From a virus (Duplodnaviria; Caudoviricetes), in the IMG/VR virus record IMGVR_UViG_3300020045_007862, positions 1-40,704 of that record: a DNA stretch of 40,704 nucleotides. One strand, given 5' to 3'. The notes below the pieces were generated by a model. The model did not search any database, was not told the DNA's origin, and saw only the letters and a list, made by a program, of their open reading frames with translations. The translations under genes were made by a program, and so were the position numbers. Positions 1-7,505 of the stretch are shown here, piece after piece. Numbering within the stretch: position 1 is the first letter of the stretch; every line of letters begins with the position of its first letter.

Positions 1-117
1 CCCTAGACGCAACATCGGGGCTTTACGCTAGAATGAGGGCAACCGGGAAGGGTTCCCGGGATTAGTCGGGTTTTTGGGTGCACCCGGACAAAGCACCCCA
101 CTTCAGGAGTTACCGTT

Positions 118-1419
118 ATGAACCCGGAATCAGTTAGTTTTCTCCAAGCGTGCCATATCACGAAACTTTCCACCGCCGCGAGAATGGCCGGGCTGAAATT
201 CAAAAACGGCGCTCCTGGGTATGACAAAGCGGGGATTATCGAGAAACTGTCTTACCATCCTTCGATTATGTCAGCGACTATCGCCACAATCAAGAGAATG
301 GAAAGCACAGCCCCGGGGAATAACACTAACAGTTTCCTAACCGATCTAGCCGAGGAAACTGCGCAGAATAACACGATTCCCCCGATGGCGCAGAATCCTA
401 TTGCGGGGGCGATTCCCCAAGAACTGCGGAATAGCGTTGATTCAGCCCTTCGCGCTATCGGGGTCTTGCAAGATACCGTATCAGGGATTAAGTCGGAATA
501 CATCACCGAGTATCAGGCGCGAAGGGTTGCGAACACTTCCTTCGATAGCAATATCAAGGGCTATTCCAACGCCATTGAAACACTCAAGGCGGAAGTTATC
601 TCCCTCAAGCAATCCGCACCTATTCAGATAGTCCTGAAAGACAAACCCGCAGTAACCATGCCTAGCGGGCAGCATGAATCCTTCCCCAAGCTCTTGAAGT
701 ACCTACACGCTAACCGCCGGGTCATCCTAACCGGCCCAGCTGGCACGGGTAAAAGCATGGCGGCGAAGAATGCAGCTAAAGCCCTGGGCGTTGAGTTTTA
801 CCTGCAAACGCCAATCACTCAAAGCCATGAACTAATCGGCTATCGGGATGCCGGAGGGGTATTCCATGAAACCCCGCTATTCAAGGCTTATACCCGAGGC
901 GGCCTTATCCTAATGGACGAGGCAGACGCCTCTCTTCCCGATGCAATGCTGGTCGCTAACCCTATTTTCGACGGGAACGGCTTTGCTATGTTTGGTGACG
1001 GGAAAATGCATAAGATGCACCCGGATTTTCTGGTTATCCTCAATATGAACACTGAGGGTAATGGCGCAAGCATGGAATATGCAGGTCGGAATCGTCTAGA
1101 CGGCGCCACGCTGGCACGGTTTGGGCTTCGCATTAGGTGGGGCATTGACGCACGGATTGAGACCGCTATGGCAGCCGATTACCCCCTTTGGTTAGGCGCC
1201 GTCCGGGCTGTTCGAGCCCTCATGGTTCAGCGTTCGATAACCGATGTAAACGCTACTCCCCGGCATACAGCAGCCGGGGCTGCTTTACTATCGAAGGACG
1301 ATAGCCCGGCTGACCGGACCGCTATTCTAGAGGACTCCCTTAAATCCGGCGCAGTCGCTGAAATCTGGAGCCTAGTCACCGAACTTCCCGCCGTTAAGCA
1401 GTTCATCCGGGGGTACTAA
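118..1419 (+). CDS. AAA+ ATPase, MoxR/CbbQ/CobS-like, with N-terminal extension and coiled coil
   Basis: Walker A GPAGTGKS, Walker B LILMDEAD, and GRNRLDGATLARF sensor/arginine-finger region typical of this AAA+ clade. AGGAG RBS upstream. Confidence 0.85.
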   Translation: MNPESVSFLQACHITKLSTAARMAGLKFKNGAPGYDKAGIIEKLSYHPSIMSATIATIKRMESTAPGNNTNSFLTDLAEETAQNNTIPPMAQNPIAGAIPQELRNSVDSALRAIGVLQDTVSGIKSEYITEYQARRVANTSFDSNIKGYSNAIETLKAEVISLKQSAPIQIVLKDKPAVTMPSGQHESFPKLLKYLHANRRVILTGPAGTGKSMAAKNAAKALGVEFYLQTPITQSHELIGYRDAGGVFHETPLFKAYTRGGLILMDEADASLPDAMLVANPIFDGNGFAMFGDGKMHKMHPDFLVILNMNTEGNGASMEYAGRNRLDGATLARFGLRIRWGIDARIETAMAADYPLWLGAVRAVRALMVQRSITDVNATPRHTAAGAALLSKDDSPADRTAILEDSLKSGAVAEIWSLVTELPAVKQFIRGY

Positions 1420-1421
1420 CC

Positions 1422-2216
1422 ATGCGCGCGAATACTTCCGCCTTGCTGGCTATCCCCGAGCACTCCCTGCAAACTAACCCAAAGGGGGCTAAGTATCACT
1501 TACTTAAATTCCCCTCCATTCTATCCGCCCATGCTGCGGTTATCTCACACGCCCGAACAGAAAACGAATCTAGCTGGAAAGTCCCCTCCTTTATCGGCCT
1601 AAACGGGCAAACCCTTTCCGACCTAGATAAAACCAGCCGCAGTATCTACGCCCAGCAGTGCCTAGAATCCTCTATTGCGGCCATGACAACCCCCGCGAAA
1701 AAGCCCGGGGAAGTCCGCAATACAGTAACCGGTGGATTCTGGGATATTCCTAGTGTTATCGCAGGGTTGCCATTGGCCGCGCGCTCACGGGTGAGAACTA
1801 AACTCCCTCCGATTAACCTGAAACTGTGGATAGCCTATTCGGGCTGTACCAATGAAAAGGATATCGCCCCCCTTACCGCAAAAATTGCAAAAGCCCTTTG
1901 GGATTATATTAAAGCCGGGGGTATTGCCAATCTCAGCATAATCACCGGCTGTCGAATCCGTAACGATAACGCCGAGACCGCCATAATCGAAACCCGGGTT
2001 AATACTTCCGATATATCCGCCCTAGCACTCGCCCTTTCCCCGGTTTACATGCGGACAATCTCCGCCGCGCTTCTCTGCGCACTATCCGATAAACCCCATG
2101 ATAGCCTTCCGCTGATAAAAGAAGACTTTCTCCCGGGGCTTATCCCCTTGTCTAACTTCTCCGGCAGTCTCAAAGCCGGCGCAGAGAGAGCCCTAGCGGC
2201 GCTCAAGATCGCCTAA
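1422..2216 (+). CDS. Putative partner of the MoxR-like ATPase (degenerate VWA/CobT-like)
   Basis: Starts 2 nt after the ATPase stop. GGFWDIPSVIAGLP motif resembles phage proteins paired with such ATPases. No intact MIDAS motif seen. Confidence 0.55.
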   Translation: MRANTSALLAIPEHSLQTNPKGAKYHLLKFPSILSAHAAVISHARTENESSWKVPSFIGLNGQTLSDLDKTSRSIYAQQCLESSIAAMTTPAKKPGEVRNTVTGGFWDIPSVIAGLPLAARSRVRTKLPPINLKLWIAYSGCTNEKDIAPLTAKIAKALWDYIKAGGIANLSIITGCRIRNDNAETAIIETRVNTSDISALALALSPVYMRTISAALLCALSDKPHDSLPLIKEDFLPGLIPLSNFSGSLKAGAERALAALKIA

Positions 2217-2239
2217 CAGGAAACGCGGGGATAATCCCC

Positions 2240-2282
2240 CGTAAGCCTAGCCCTTGACAGTGTGCTGAGGGCTAGGCTTACG
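2240..2282. repeat. Perfect 15-bp inverted repeat (hairpin)
   Basis: CGTAAGCCTAGCCCT (2240-2254) / AGGGCTAGGCTTACG (2268-2282), 13-nt loop, no U-tract. Confidence 0.85.
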
Positions 2283-2334
2283 CCCAGTCACCCAGCGGTC
2301 GCCAGATAGCGCCTAGGTCAGAGTCAGGCGGTGC

Positions 2335-2396
2335 GCAGCATCGCTCTACTAGGGAAGCCGTCCACCAGACAAGCAGCGCCGCTCCACTAGGGAAGC
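2335..2396. repeat. Imperfect 24-nt direct repeat, two copies
   Basis: GCAGCATCGCTCTACTAGGGAAGC (2335-2358) and GCAGCGCCGCTCCACTAGGGAAGC (2373-2396). Confidence 0.75.
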
Positions 2397-2590
2397 ACCC
2401 CCACTAAGCCGGCTCTACAGCCTTTCCAGCCCTTCCCCCTTGTCAGGTAGCCTTCACCCGCGATGATCGCCTAGCGGCCCATCTAGCCCCCTTCCCACCC
2501 GGTCAATGAACCCGCCAGCTAAAGCTAGCTCCTAATCCCACCAGGCTCCCCGCTAGAAGAATCCGTTACACTTTGTTACACGCTTTCCTC

Positions 2591-2618
2591 TTGACGACAA
2601 TCCTCATTCTGTTAAAGT
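2591..2618 (+). promoter_or_regulatory. Putative sigma70 early promoter
   Basis: TTGACG-N16-TAAAGT with extended -10 TG, upstream of a GAAAGGA RBS and the ATG at 2665. Confidence 0.6.
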
Positions 2619-2664
2619 CCTTCCATCGACTCCTCGATGACGCAAACCCCGAAAGGAACCCACC

Positions 2665-2844
2665 ATGAACTCGATCTATCTGTTCGGCGCCCTCCGCGTT
2701 GTTGTTGAAGACCTGACCGGCGCAATCCTCGGGGTCTTCGACTGCATCACGAACCAAGAAGCCTCGGGGAATTTCTCCCCCTCGTACATCGCCCGTGCCG
2801 TCACGCAAGCCCGCCTTGCCTGGGCCAGCACCTCCGACCACTGA
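2665..2844 (+). CDS. Hypothetical early protein, 59 aa (MNSIYLFGALRVVVED...; not in the supplied ORF track)
   Basis: GAAAGGA RBS, ATG at 2665, TGA at 2842-2844, C-ending codon bias like neighbouring genes. Confidence 0.75.
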   Translation: MNSIYLFGALRVVVEDLTGAILGVFDCITNQEASGNFSPSYIARAVTQARLAWASTSDH

Positions 2845-2845
2845 C

Positions 2846-2885
2846 CCTAGCTGCTAGGGGAAAACCCCTAGCAAGTAGCGTTAGG
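2846..2885. repeat. Intergenic hairpin
   Basis: TGCTAGGGG-AAAA-CCCCTAGCA inner stem (2852-2873), with outer CCTAGC/GTTAGG pairing. Confidence 0.7.
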
Positions 2886-2934
2886 ATTTCCCCTACACTA
2901 CCCTTGTTCCCTTTCACTAACTGGATTAAAGACC

Positions 2935-3540
2935 ATGACCGAAGACACTACCACCGAAGCCGTTGAAGCCCCCGAAGCCGTCTCGACCACTCCCGAGACC
3001 ACTACCAAGCGCCAGATGTCGTTCACCGTCCTCGAAGACGGCTCGATCCGCGCGGAATTCGGCGAGGGCATCGACCCCCTGTTCCTCAACCCGGCGATGG
3101 TCCCTGAAACGATCATGGCAGCTGCCGTCACCGAGGGTCTGATCGCCCGTGCTCGTGGCTACGGCAGCAAGCTCGAAGGCGCCGCCCGTACCCCTTCCGC
3201 CCTCCGCGAAGTCACGGCAAAAGCCTTTGAAAACCTCCTGGCCGGCGTCTGGAAAATCGAGCGCACTGGCACCGGTTCCGCCGAATACACCATCGAAGTG
3301 GAAGCGGCCCACCTCTTCCGCATCATGCGCGGGAAAGCTGCCGGCACTGAATACACCGGTACTCTGGCTGAATCCGCGGAAAACTTCGCCAAGCTCACGG
3401 AAGACCAGAAAAAGCAGATCAAAGCCCTGCCCCGCTTCCAGCTTGCCCTGGCCGAAGTCAAGGAAAAGCGCGCTGCCGAAAAGCGTGCGAAGCTCGAAGC
3501 GGCTGTTATCTCCGACGAAGGTGAAGGCGCGGTTTTCTGA
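2935..3540 (+). CDS. Hypothetical early protein, 201 aa, probably highly expressed
   Basis: Strong C-ending codon bias. Acidic N-terminus, helical C-terminal half, acidic tail ending in Phe (DEGEGAVF). Confidence 0.85.
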   Translation: MTEDTTTEAVEAPEAVSTTPETTTKRQMSFTVLEDGSIRAEFGEGIDPLFLNPAMVPETIMAAAVTEGLIARARGYGSKLEGAARTPSALREVTAKAFENLLAGVWKIERTGTGSAEYTIEVEAAHLFRIMRGKAAGTEYTGTLAESAENFAKLTEDQKKQIKALPRFQLALAEVKEKRAAEKRAKLEAAVISDEGEGAVF

Positions 3541-3738
3541 TTTTCCTGGAGACCGGCCGAGGCAGCGCCAAAGCTCCGGAAAAATGGGTTGCGGCTGTAA
3601 AAATCCCTAAAAGCCGACGACTCACCCCCGTAAGGGGTGGCTTTTGATCTAGGCTGATAAAATAACTGGGGATGGGTTCCTGGGAGCACGGCGGCTATCC
3701 GCCACTGCTCAATGCCAGTATCAGCCTAGTTCAAAAGC
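3541..3738 (+). ncRNA. Candidate structured non-coding RNA / processing element
   Basis: Consecutive stems, including a 20-bp stem with one mismatch (3640-3659 / 3719-3738) enclosing nested GAGCA/TGCTC and GGCGG/CCGCC stems, plus a terminator-like CACCCC-CGTAA-GGGGTG-GCTTTT. Confidence 0.45.
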
Positions 3739-3786
3739 ATCGTGGGGAATTCCTCCCCCTGCTCTACCCTGAAAGGGGAAAACATC

Positions 3787-4170
3787 ATGGCTCAAAAGCA
3801 AGGCGGAAAAGGCAAGTCTTCCTCCCAGTCCGACCGCAATTACTGGGCGCGCATCAAAGCAGGCGGCGGCGTCACCAAAGCGAAAGCCGCTCGGATTAAA
3901 AATGCGGGGAAAACCGCAACGGTCATCGACTACGGGCGCAAGCCGCAATCCAAGCCCCTCGAATCCGTCGTCTTCTCCGGCCAGGTCTCGGACAATTTCC
4001 CCAAGTGGGGAATTCCCCCGGTGTTTGTCATCTCCGACGGCGTGACCATCGATGTGCGCGCACGGGAGACCGAAGCCCTGGCCACCTTCTCCCAACGTCG
4101 CCCCGGCGCCTTCACCCGGGTTGTCGTCGGCGGAAAAATCCCCCGCGTCATCGCCAGCGCAAGTCGCTAA
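3787..4170 (+). CDS. Hypothetical basic protein (Lys/Arg-rich N-terminus, possible nucleic-acid binding)
   Basis: AAGGGG RBS before ATG 3787 (MAQKQGGKGK...); phage-like codon bias. Confidence 0.75.
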   Translation: MAQKQGGKGKSSSQSDRNYWARIKAGGGVTKAKAARIKNAGKTATVIDYGRKPQSKPLESVVFSGQVSDNFPKWGIPPVFVISDGVTIDVRARETEALATFSQRRPGAFTRVVVGGKIPRVIASASR

Positions 4171-4177
4171 CCCCTCG

Positions 4178-4216
4178 CTAATGCCCCGACAGCTAAACCC
4201 TGCCTCGGGGCATTAG
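4178..4216. repeat. Perfect 12-bp inverted repeat
   Basis: CTAATGCCCCGA (4178-4189) / TCGGGGCATTAG (4205-4216). Confidence 0.8.
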
Positions 4217-4280
4217 TCCGTCTGGAAAGGGAAAATCCCCAGACCTAGGGTTTCCACCTAGCCCCCTCGACCTTCAACCG

Positions 4281-4289
4281 TGGTACACT
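4281..4289 (+). promoter_or_regulatory. Putative extended -10 promoter (leaderless transcript)
   Basis: TGGTACACT ends 5 nt before ATG 4295, which has no Shine-Dalgarno. Confidence 0.4.
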
Positions 4290-4294
4290 AAGCC

Positions 4295-4633
4295 ATGACC
4301 CGCCCTAAATTCTCCGATAAGTACCCCCCGAACATGCTCGACGCGATGCAGCGGGCCTTCGACCTCGGGGAACTTGTTATCCCCACGGAAAAGCCCCAAG
4401 CTCTCCGGCTGTACTTCTACGGCCTCGGTGGCGCCCTTCGGCGTGAGGGAAAGCCTGACCTCTTCAACGCACTGGCGTTTTCCCTTCAAGCCAACCCCCC
4501 TGCCCTGGTTATCACACTAAAGGAAAACACCGATTTTTCCCTAGCGATAGCCTCGGCGCTGAATTCCTCCCCGGTTGCTTCCGCCGCGTCTGAGGCTGAA
4601 TCCGCTCTCGCCCGCCTTCTCGGGGAAAAGTAA
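4295..4633 (+). CDS. Hypothetical protein
   Basis: 112-aa ORF, coupled to the next gene (TAATG). Confidence 0.75.
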   Translation: MTRPKFSDKYPPNMLDAMQRAFDLGELVIPTEKPQALRLYFYGLGGALRREGKPDLFNALAFSLQANPPALVITLKENTDFSLAIASALNSSPVASAASEAESALARLLGEK

Positions 4634-4998
4634 TGACCTACGCCGAAGTAAATCCCTTCCTCGAAGACCTCGACGCGGAACGCACGGCCGAGCTAATCGC
4701 TTCTGGCAATCTCAAGCGGGAAAAAGCAAAACCCGCTTTCATCGCCCAGTGGGCTAGCTCCGGCTACGTCGCCCGAAATGAACGCTATTCCTGCGCCTGC
4801 GGTTACGAATACGACCACATCCTCGGCGCCTTTCATAAGGAAAAAGCCCTAACCGGGGAAATTCGCTATACCTCTCTTGCTAAAGGCTTTCAAATTCCCC
4901 TCGGGCAGAATTTCCCCATCGAAACGACCCAGCACAAAATCGCGGTTTGCCCTTCCTGCGTCTCTAGCAAGGGCTTTGAAAGGCTCGATTATGTCTAA
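4633..4998 (+). CDS. Hypothetical Zn-binding protein
   Basis: CxC (CACG) and CxxC (CPSC) motifs; coupled start. Confidence 0.75.
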   Translation: MTYAEVNPFLEDLDAERTAELIASGNLKREKAKPAFIAQWASSGYVARNERYSCACGYEYDHILGAFHKEKALTGEIRYTSLAKGFQIPLGQNFPIETTQHKIAVCPSCVSSKGFERLDYV

Positions 4999-5239
4999 CG
5001 CTGAATGGCACAGGGGGCCGCCCCCTTCTCTTGGCTGGTGGGAAGCTTCAACGACGCATTTTGGCCCACCACTATCAGGGCTCTACCGATGGTGGGATGG
5101 TGAAGCCTGGTCAAATCCGGTAGGGAAACACCGTACCGCAGAAGAAGCCGGCATTATGGCCGCCGACAAGCGCCAAGAAGGGGCCCATATCGCTTGGCGT
5201 CATCGCCCTTTCACCTGGCCAGCCTCCTCCTACACCTAA
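4991..5239 (+). CDS. Hypothetical Trp-rich phage protein
   Basis: Start moved to ATG 4991 (MSNAEWHRGPPP...YRWWDGEAWS), overlapping the previous stop. Confidence 0.7.
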   Translation: MSNAEWHRGPPPSLGWWEASTTHFGPPLSGLYRWWDGEAWSNPVGKHRTAEEAGIMAADKRQEGAHIAWRHRPFTWPASSYT

Positions 5240-5252
5240 CCCCCTGACCATC

Positions 5253-5579
5253 ATGTCCAACCCCTTTGAAAACTCCCGTTGCAGCGAAATCCTGGACTCC
5301 GCCATCGCATACGCTGGAGGCGCGGAAAAGATCAACTCCGATAAAACGCTCCCTCTCGACGCGCGGATCATCGTCATCCTGACCCTCAAGATGCAGATCG
5401 TCTCCATGCTCGATCCAGCCATTCCACCCGCCACCCAGATCGAAGCCCCCAACCTTCTCCACCGGGGCTTCTGCTCACTCGTCCCTGAACTCTACACCAA
5501 AGCCGGCCAAGCCCGTTATGCCACCCTCGCGGAAATCTTCATCCGCGACATGAAAGATATGAAAAATGGAAAACTTTGA
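5253..5579 (+). CDS. Hypothetical protein
   Basis: 108-aa ORF with phage-like codon bias. Confidence 0.75.
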   Translation: MSNPFENSRCSEILDSAIAYAGGAEKINSDKTLPLDARIIVILTLKMQIVSMLDPAIPPATQIEAPNLLHRGFCSLVPELYTKAGQARYATLAEIFIRDMKDMKNGKL

Positions 5580-5778
5580 CGAACCACTCACCCCGGCGGA
5601 AATTGCCGCCTATCGCCTCGCAGCAGAACAAGGGAAAACCCCTTCCCTCGGCATCGTCCGGCGGTTTGTCCTGACCATCCGAAAGACTTTCCTCGCTAAC
5701 CCGGCAAAGGTCGAAAAGAGCAAAGTCTCCCGGAATACCAAACCCGTCGTTTCTGAAAATCAGATCGACTTTTTCTAG
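5566..5778 (+). CDS. Small protein with C-terminal QIDFF (paralog of 6610-6825)
   Basis: Shares R-x5-G-x4-L-x2-[VL]-R-[RK]-F-[VI] and terminal [IV]DFF with 6610-6825. Confidence 0.75.
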   Translation: MENFDEPLTPAEIAAYRLAAEQGKTPSLGIVRRFVLTIRKTFLANPAKVEKSKVSRNTKPVVSENQIDFF

Positions 5779-5787
5779 GAGCTAATC

Positions 5788-5964
5788 ATGAAATCCTCAG
5801 AATCCGAACCCCCGCAACAGCAGAAGCCCCTTGAGGAAAAGCCCAAAATCTCCCCAACTGGCCGCGACCTCTCTGGAAACTGGCGCCCCTGGGGAGACTC
5901 CGGCAACTTTGAAGTAAACGATGCCGGGCAAGTCAGAACCAAGAACTACCCCCTTCCCAAGTGA
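5788..5964 (+). CDS. 58-aa protein with a stand-alone NUMOD4-like motif (not in the ORF track)
   Basis: AGGAG RBS. WRPWGDSGNFEVNDAGQVRT resembles NUMOD4 (W.P.....Y.V...G.VR). Confidence 0.65.
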   Translation: MKSSESEPPQQQKPLEEKPKISPTGRDLSGNWRPWGDSGNFEVNDAGQVRTKNYPLPK

Positions 5965-6048
5965 TTCCAGCGTCTAGGGCTTGTCCCTAGCCAGTGGGAT
6001 TATTCTCCCTCTCAGTCGCCGACTGTTCTCGGTATAATGGAACTAACC

Positions 6049-6378
6049 ATGGCTTTCTCCCTGACGCAAACCCCGGCCTTCCAAGAGCCCACCCCTGGAC
6101 TCGTTGCGGCGGCCTCCCCGGAAGAACTCAACCGGTATTACCGCATCGCCTGCGTCGCGCACTTGTTGATGGACATGGGCCGCGCAATCGCCGCGGATAT
6201 CGAAGCCCCGGAAAACCAACAGCCCGCGGCTTTTTCCGCCGGCACGTTCACCGGGCTGTCTCTCGATATCCTAGCCGCCCTCGATGCCGTCGCCAGGACA
6301 TTGGTCACACAGGACATTTCCCCCATCCTCGCCAACTGCCGAAGCACGGGCACTCCGACCTTCCCCACGGTGAACTAA
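6049..6378 (+). CDS. Hypothetical protein
   Basis: ORF starting at ATG 6049 (alternative start 6037). Confidence 0.7.
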   Translation: MAFSLTQTPAFQEPTPGLVAAASPEELNRYYRIACVAHLLMDMGRAIAADIEAPENQQPAAFSAGTFTGLSLDILAALDAVARTLVTQDISPILANCRSTGTPTFPTVN

Positions 6379-6380
6379 TC

Positions 6381-6674
6381 ATGACAACCTTCCTCGTTCT
6401 GCGCATCGCTCGGGAAAATGCCACCATGCAGCACCCGTCTGGCGCAACCGTCCCAGCCGTCTCGGTGAACTTCCTCCCAATCCGCCACAGGAATAACCCT
6501 GCCCTCCGCTATGCCGTAGAAGCCGAAGACGGCGAATCCGCCCTCGGCCAAGCGAAACGGCTTTTCCCCCACTTCCTCCATTCCCTCGCTGTTCAGGAGC
6601 AACACGCTTATGACAACCCCGAACCCAATGAGCCAGTCCGGGTTTTCCGAGCAACAAAAGCTCGAAGCAATTGA
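6381..6674 (+). CDS. Hypothetical protein
   Basis: 3' part of the 5994-6674 ORF; TAATCATG coupled start (MTTFLVLRIARE...). Confidence 0.65.
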   Translation: MTTFLVLRIARENATMQHPSGATVPAVSVNFLPIRHRNNPALRYAVEAEDGESALGQAKRLFPHFLHSLAVQEQHAYDNPEPNEPVRVFRATKARSN

Positions 6675-6825
6675 CCTTCGGACCCGGATTCAGAACGGGG
6701 AAAATATCCCCCTCGAAGAACTCCGGAAGTTCATCATCTCCGCGGAGCGAGACCTCGATGTTAATCGAGTCAAAGCAAACAAGCCCCCTGCGGAACCGAA
6801 ACGTACTGATGTTGACTTCTTCTAA
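6610..6825 (+). CDS. Small protein with C-terminal DVDFF (paralog of 5566-5778)
   Basis: CAGGAG RBS; shared motif and tail with 5566-5778. Confidence 0.75.
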   Translation: MTTPNPMSQSGFSEQQKLEAIDLRTRIQNGENIPLEELRKFIISAERDLDVNRVKANKPPAEPKRTDVDFF

Positions 6826-6834
6826 GGACTAATC

Positions 6835-7029
6835 ATGGAAACCGAATCAAAAGTTATTTTTGGCCTTATCTTTGGCCTTATCTTTGGCTTCTTCCTTCTC
6901 TGCGCTGGCGGCATGGCCCTTGCTGCTTATGAAAAGCGCCTGGTTACCTCCAGCCCCGCACCGCTGGAAACGGCCTGCGCACTCGACAGCCGCCATGTTG
7001 CTTGCGTTATCCTCGCTGGGAGAAAATAA
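6835..7029 (+). CDS. Small membrane protein
   Basis: Hydrophobic N-terminal helix (VIFGLIFGLIFGFFLLCAGGMALAA); AAGGA RBS. Confidence 0.7.
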   Translation: METESKVIFGLIFGLIFGFFLLCAGGMALAAYEKRLVTSSPAPLETACALDSRHVACVILAGRK

Positions 7030-7505
7030 TGTCGGAACAAACCCCCCTCGTTTTTGGTATGCCCGGCAAGCCCAAGCGCAAATCCCCGGAAAACGTCCGC
7101 CGGCTTTCCCCGAAGGAAGTCTTCCAACTCGCTACGCTAGTCGCAGCGGAGTACACCTCCTCCGGCCAGAACGACACGGTTTTCGCGCTCTACGCCAGCG
7201 AAAAGCTAGATATCCCCGGCATCAACCGAAACCATGTTTCGACCTCCCGGGAAATCCATGGAATCTCAGCAAAGAACCGGGCGGAAACCGTTGTGGCGCC
7301 CTCCCACGACGAAGAACTCTACTCCCGGGTGCTCTCCCTGGAAAAGCAAGTCCGGAAGCTGTTCGCCCTCGCGGATAAAGCTCTCGACGCGAAACCCACT
7401 CTCGACGAAACTGACCTCTCGAAATTCATCGTCGAATACTACGGCACAAAAGCCGCCCCTGACCATCTTGCCTTCGCTAAGGCAATCCTCCGGGAGTTTG
7501 CATGA
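7029..7505 (+). CDS. Hypothetical protein
   Basis: Coupled TAATG start at 7029 (MSEQTPLVFG...). Confidence 0.75.
   Translation: MSEQTPLVFGMPGKPKRKSPENVRRLSPKEVFQLATLVAAEYTSSGQNDTVFALYASEKLDIPGINRNHVSTSREIHGISAKNRAETVVAPSHDEELYSRVLSLEKQVRKLFALADKALDAKPTLDETDLSKFIVEYYGTKAAPDHLAFAKAILREFA

Noticed and set aside
2254-2259. TTGACA inside the hairpin as a promoter -35
   Set aside because: No acceptable -10 at 16-18 nt spacing.
3650-3665. Hammerhead ribozyme core
   Set aside because: CTGATAA does not match CUGANGA, and no correctly placed GAAA was found.
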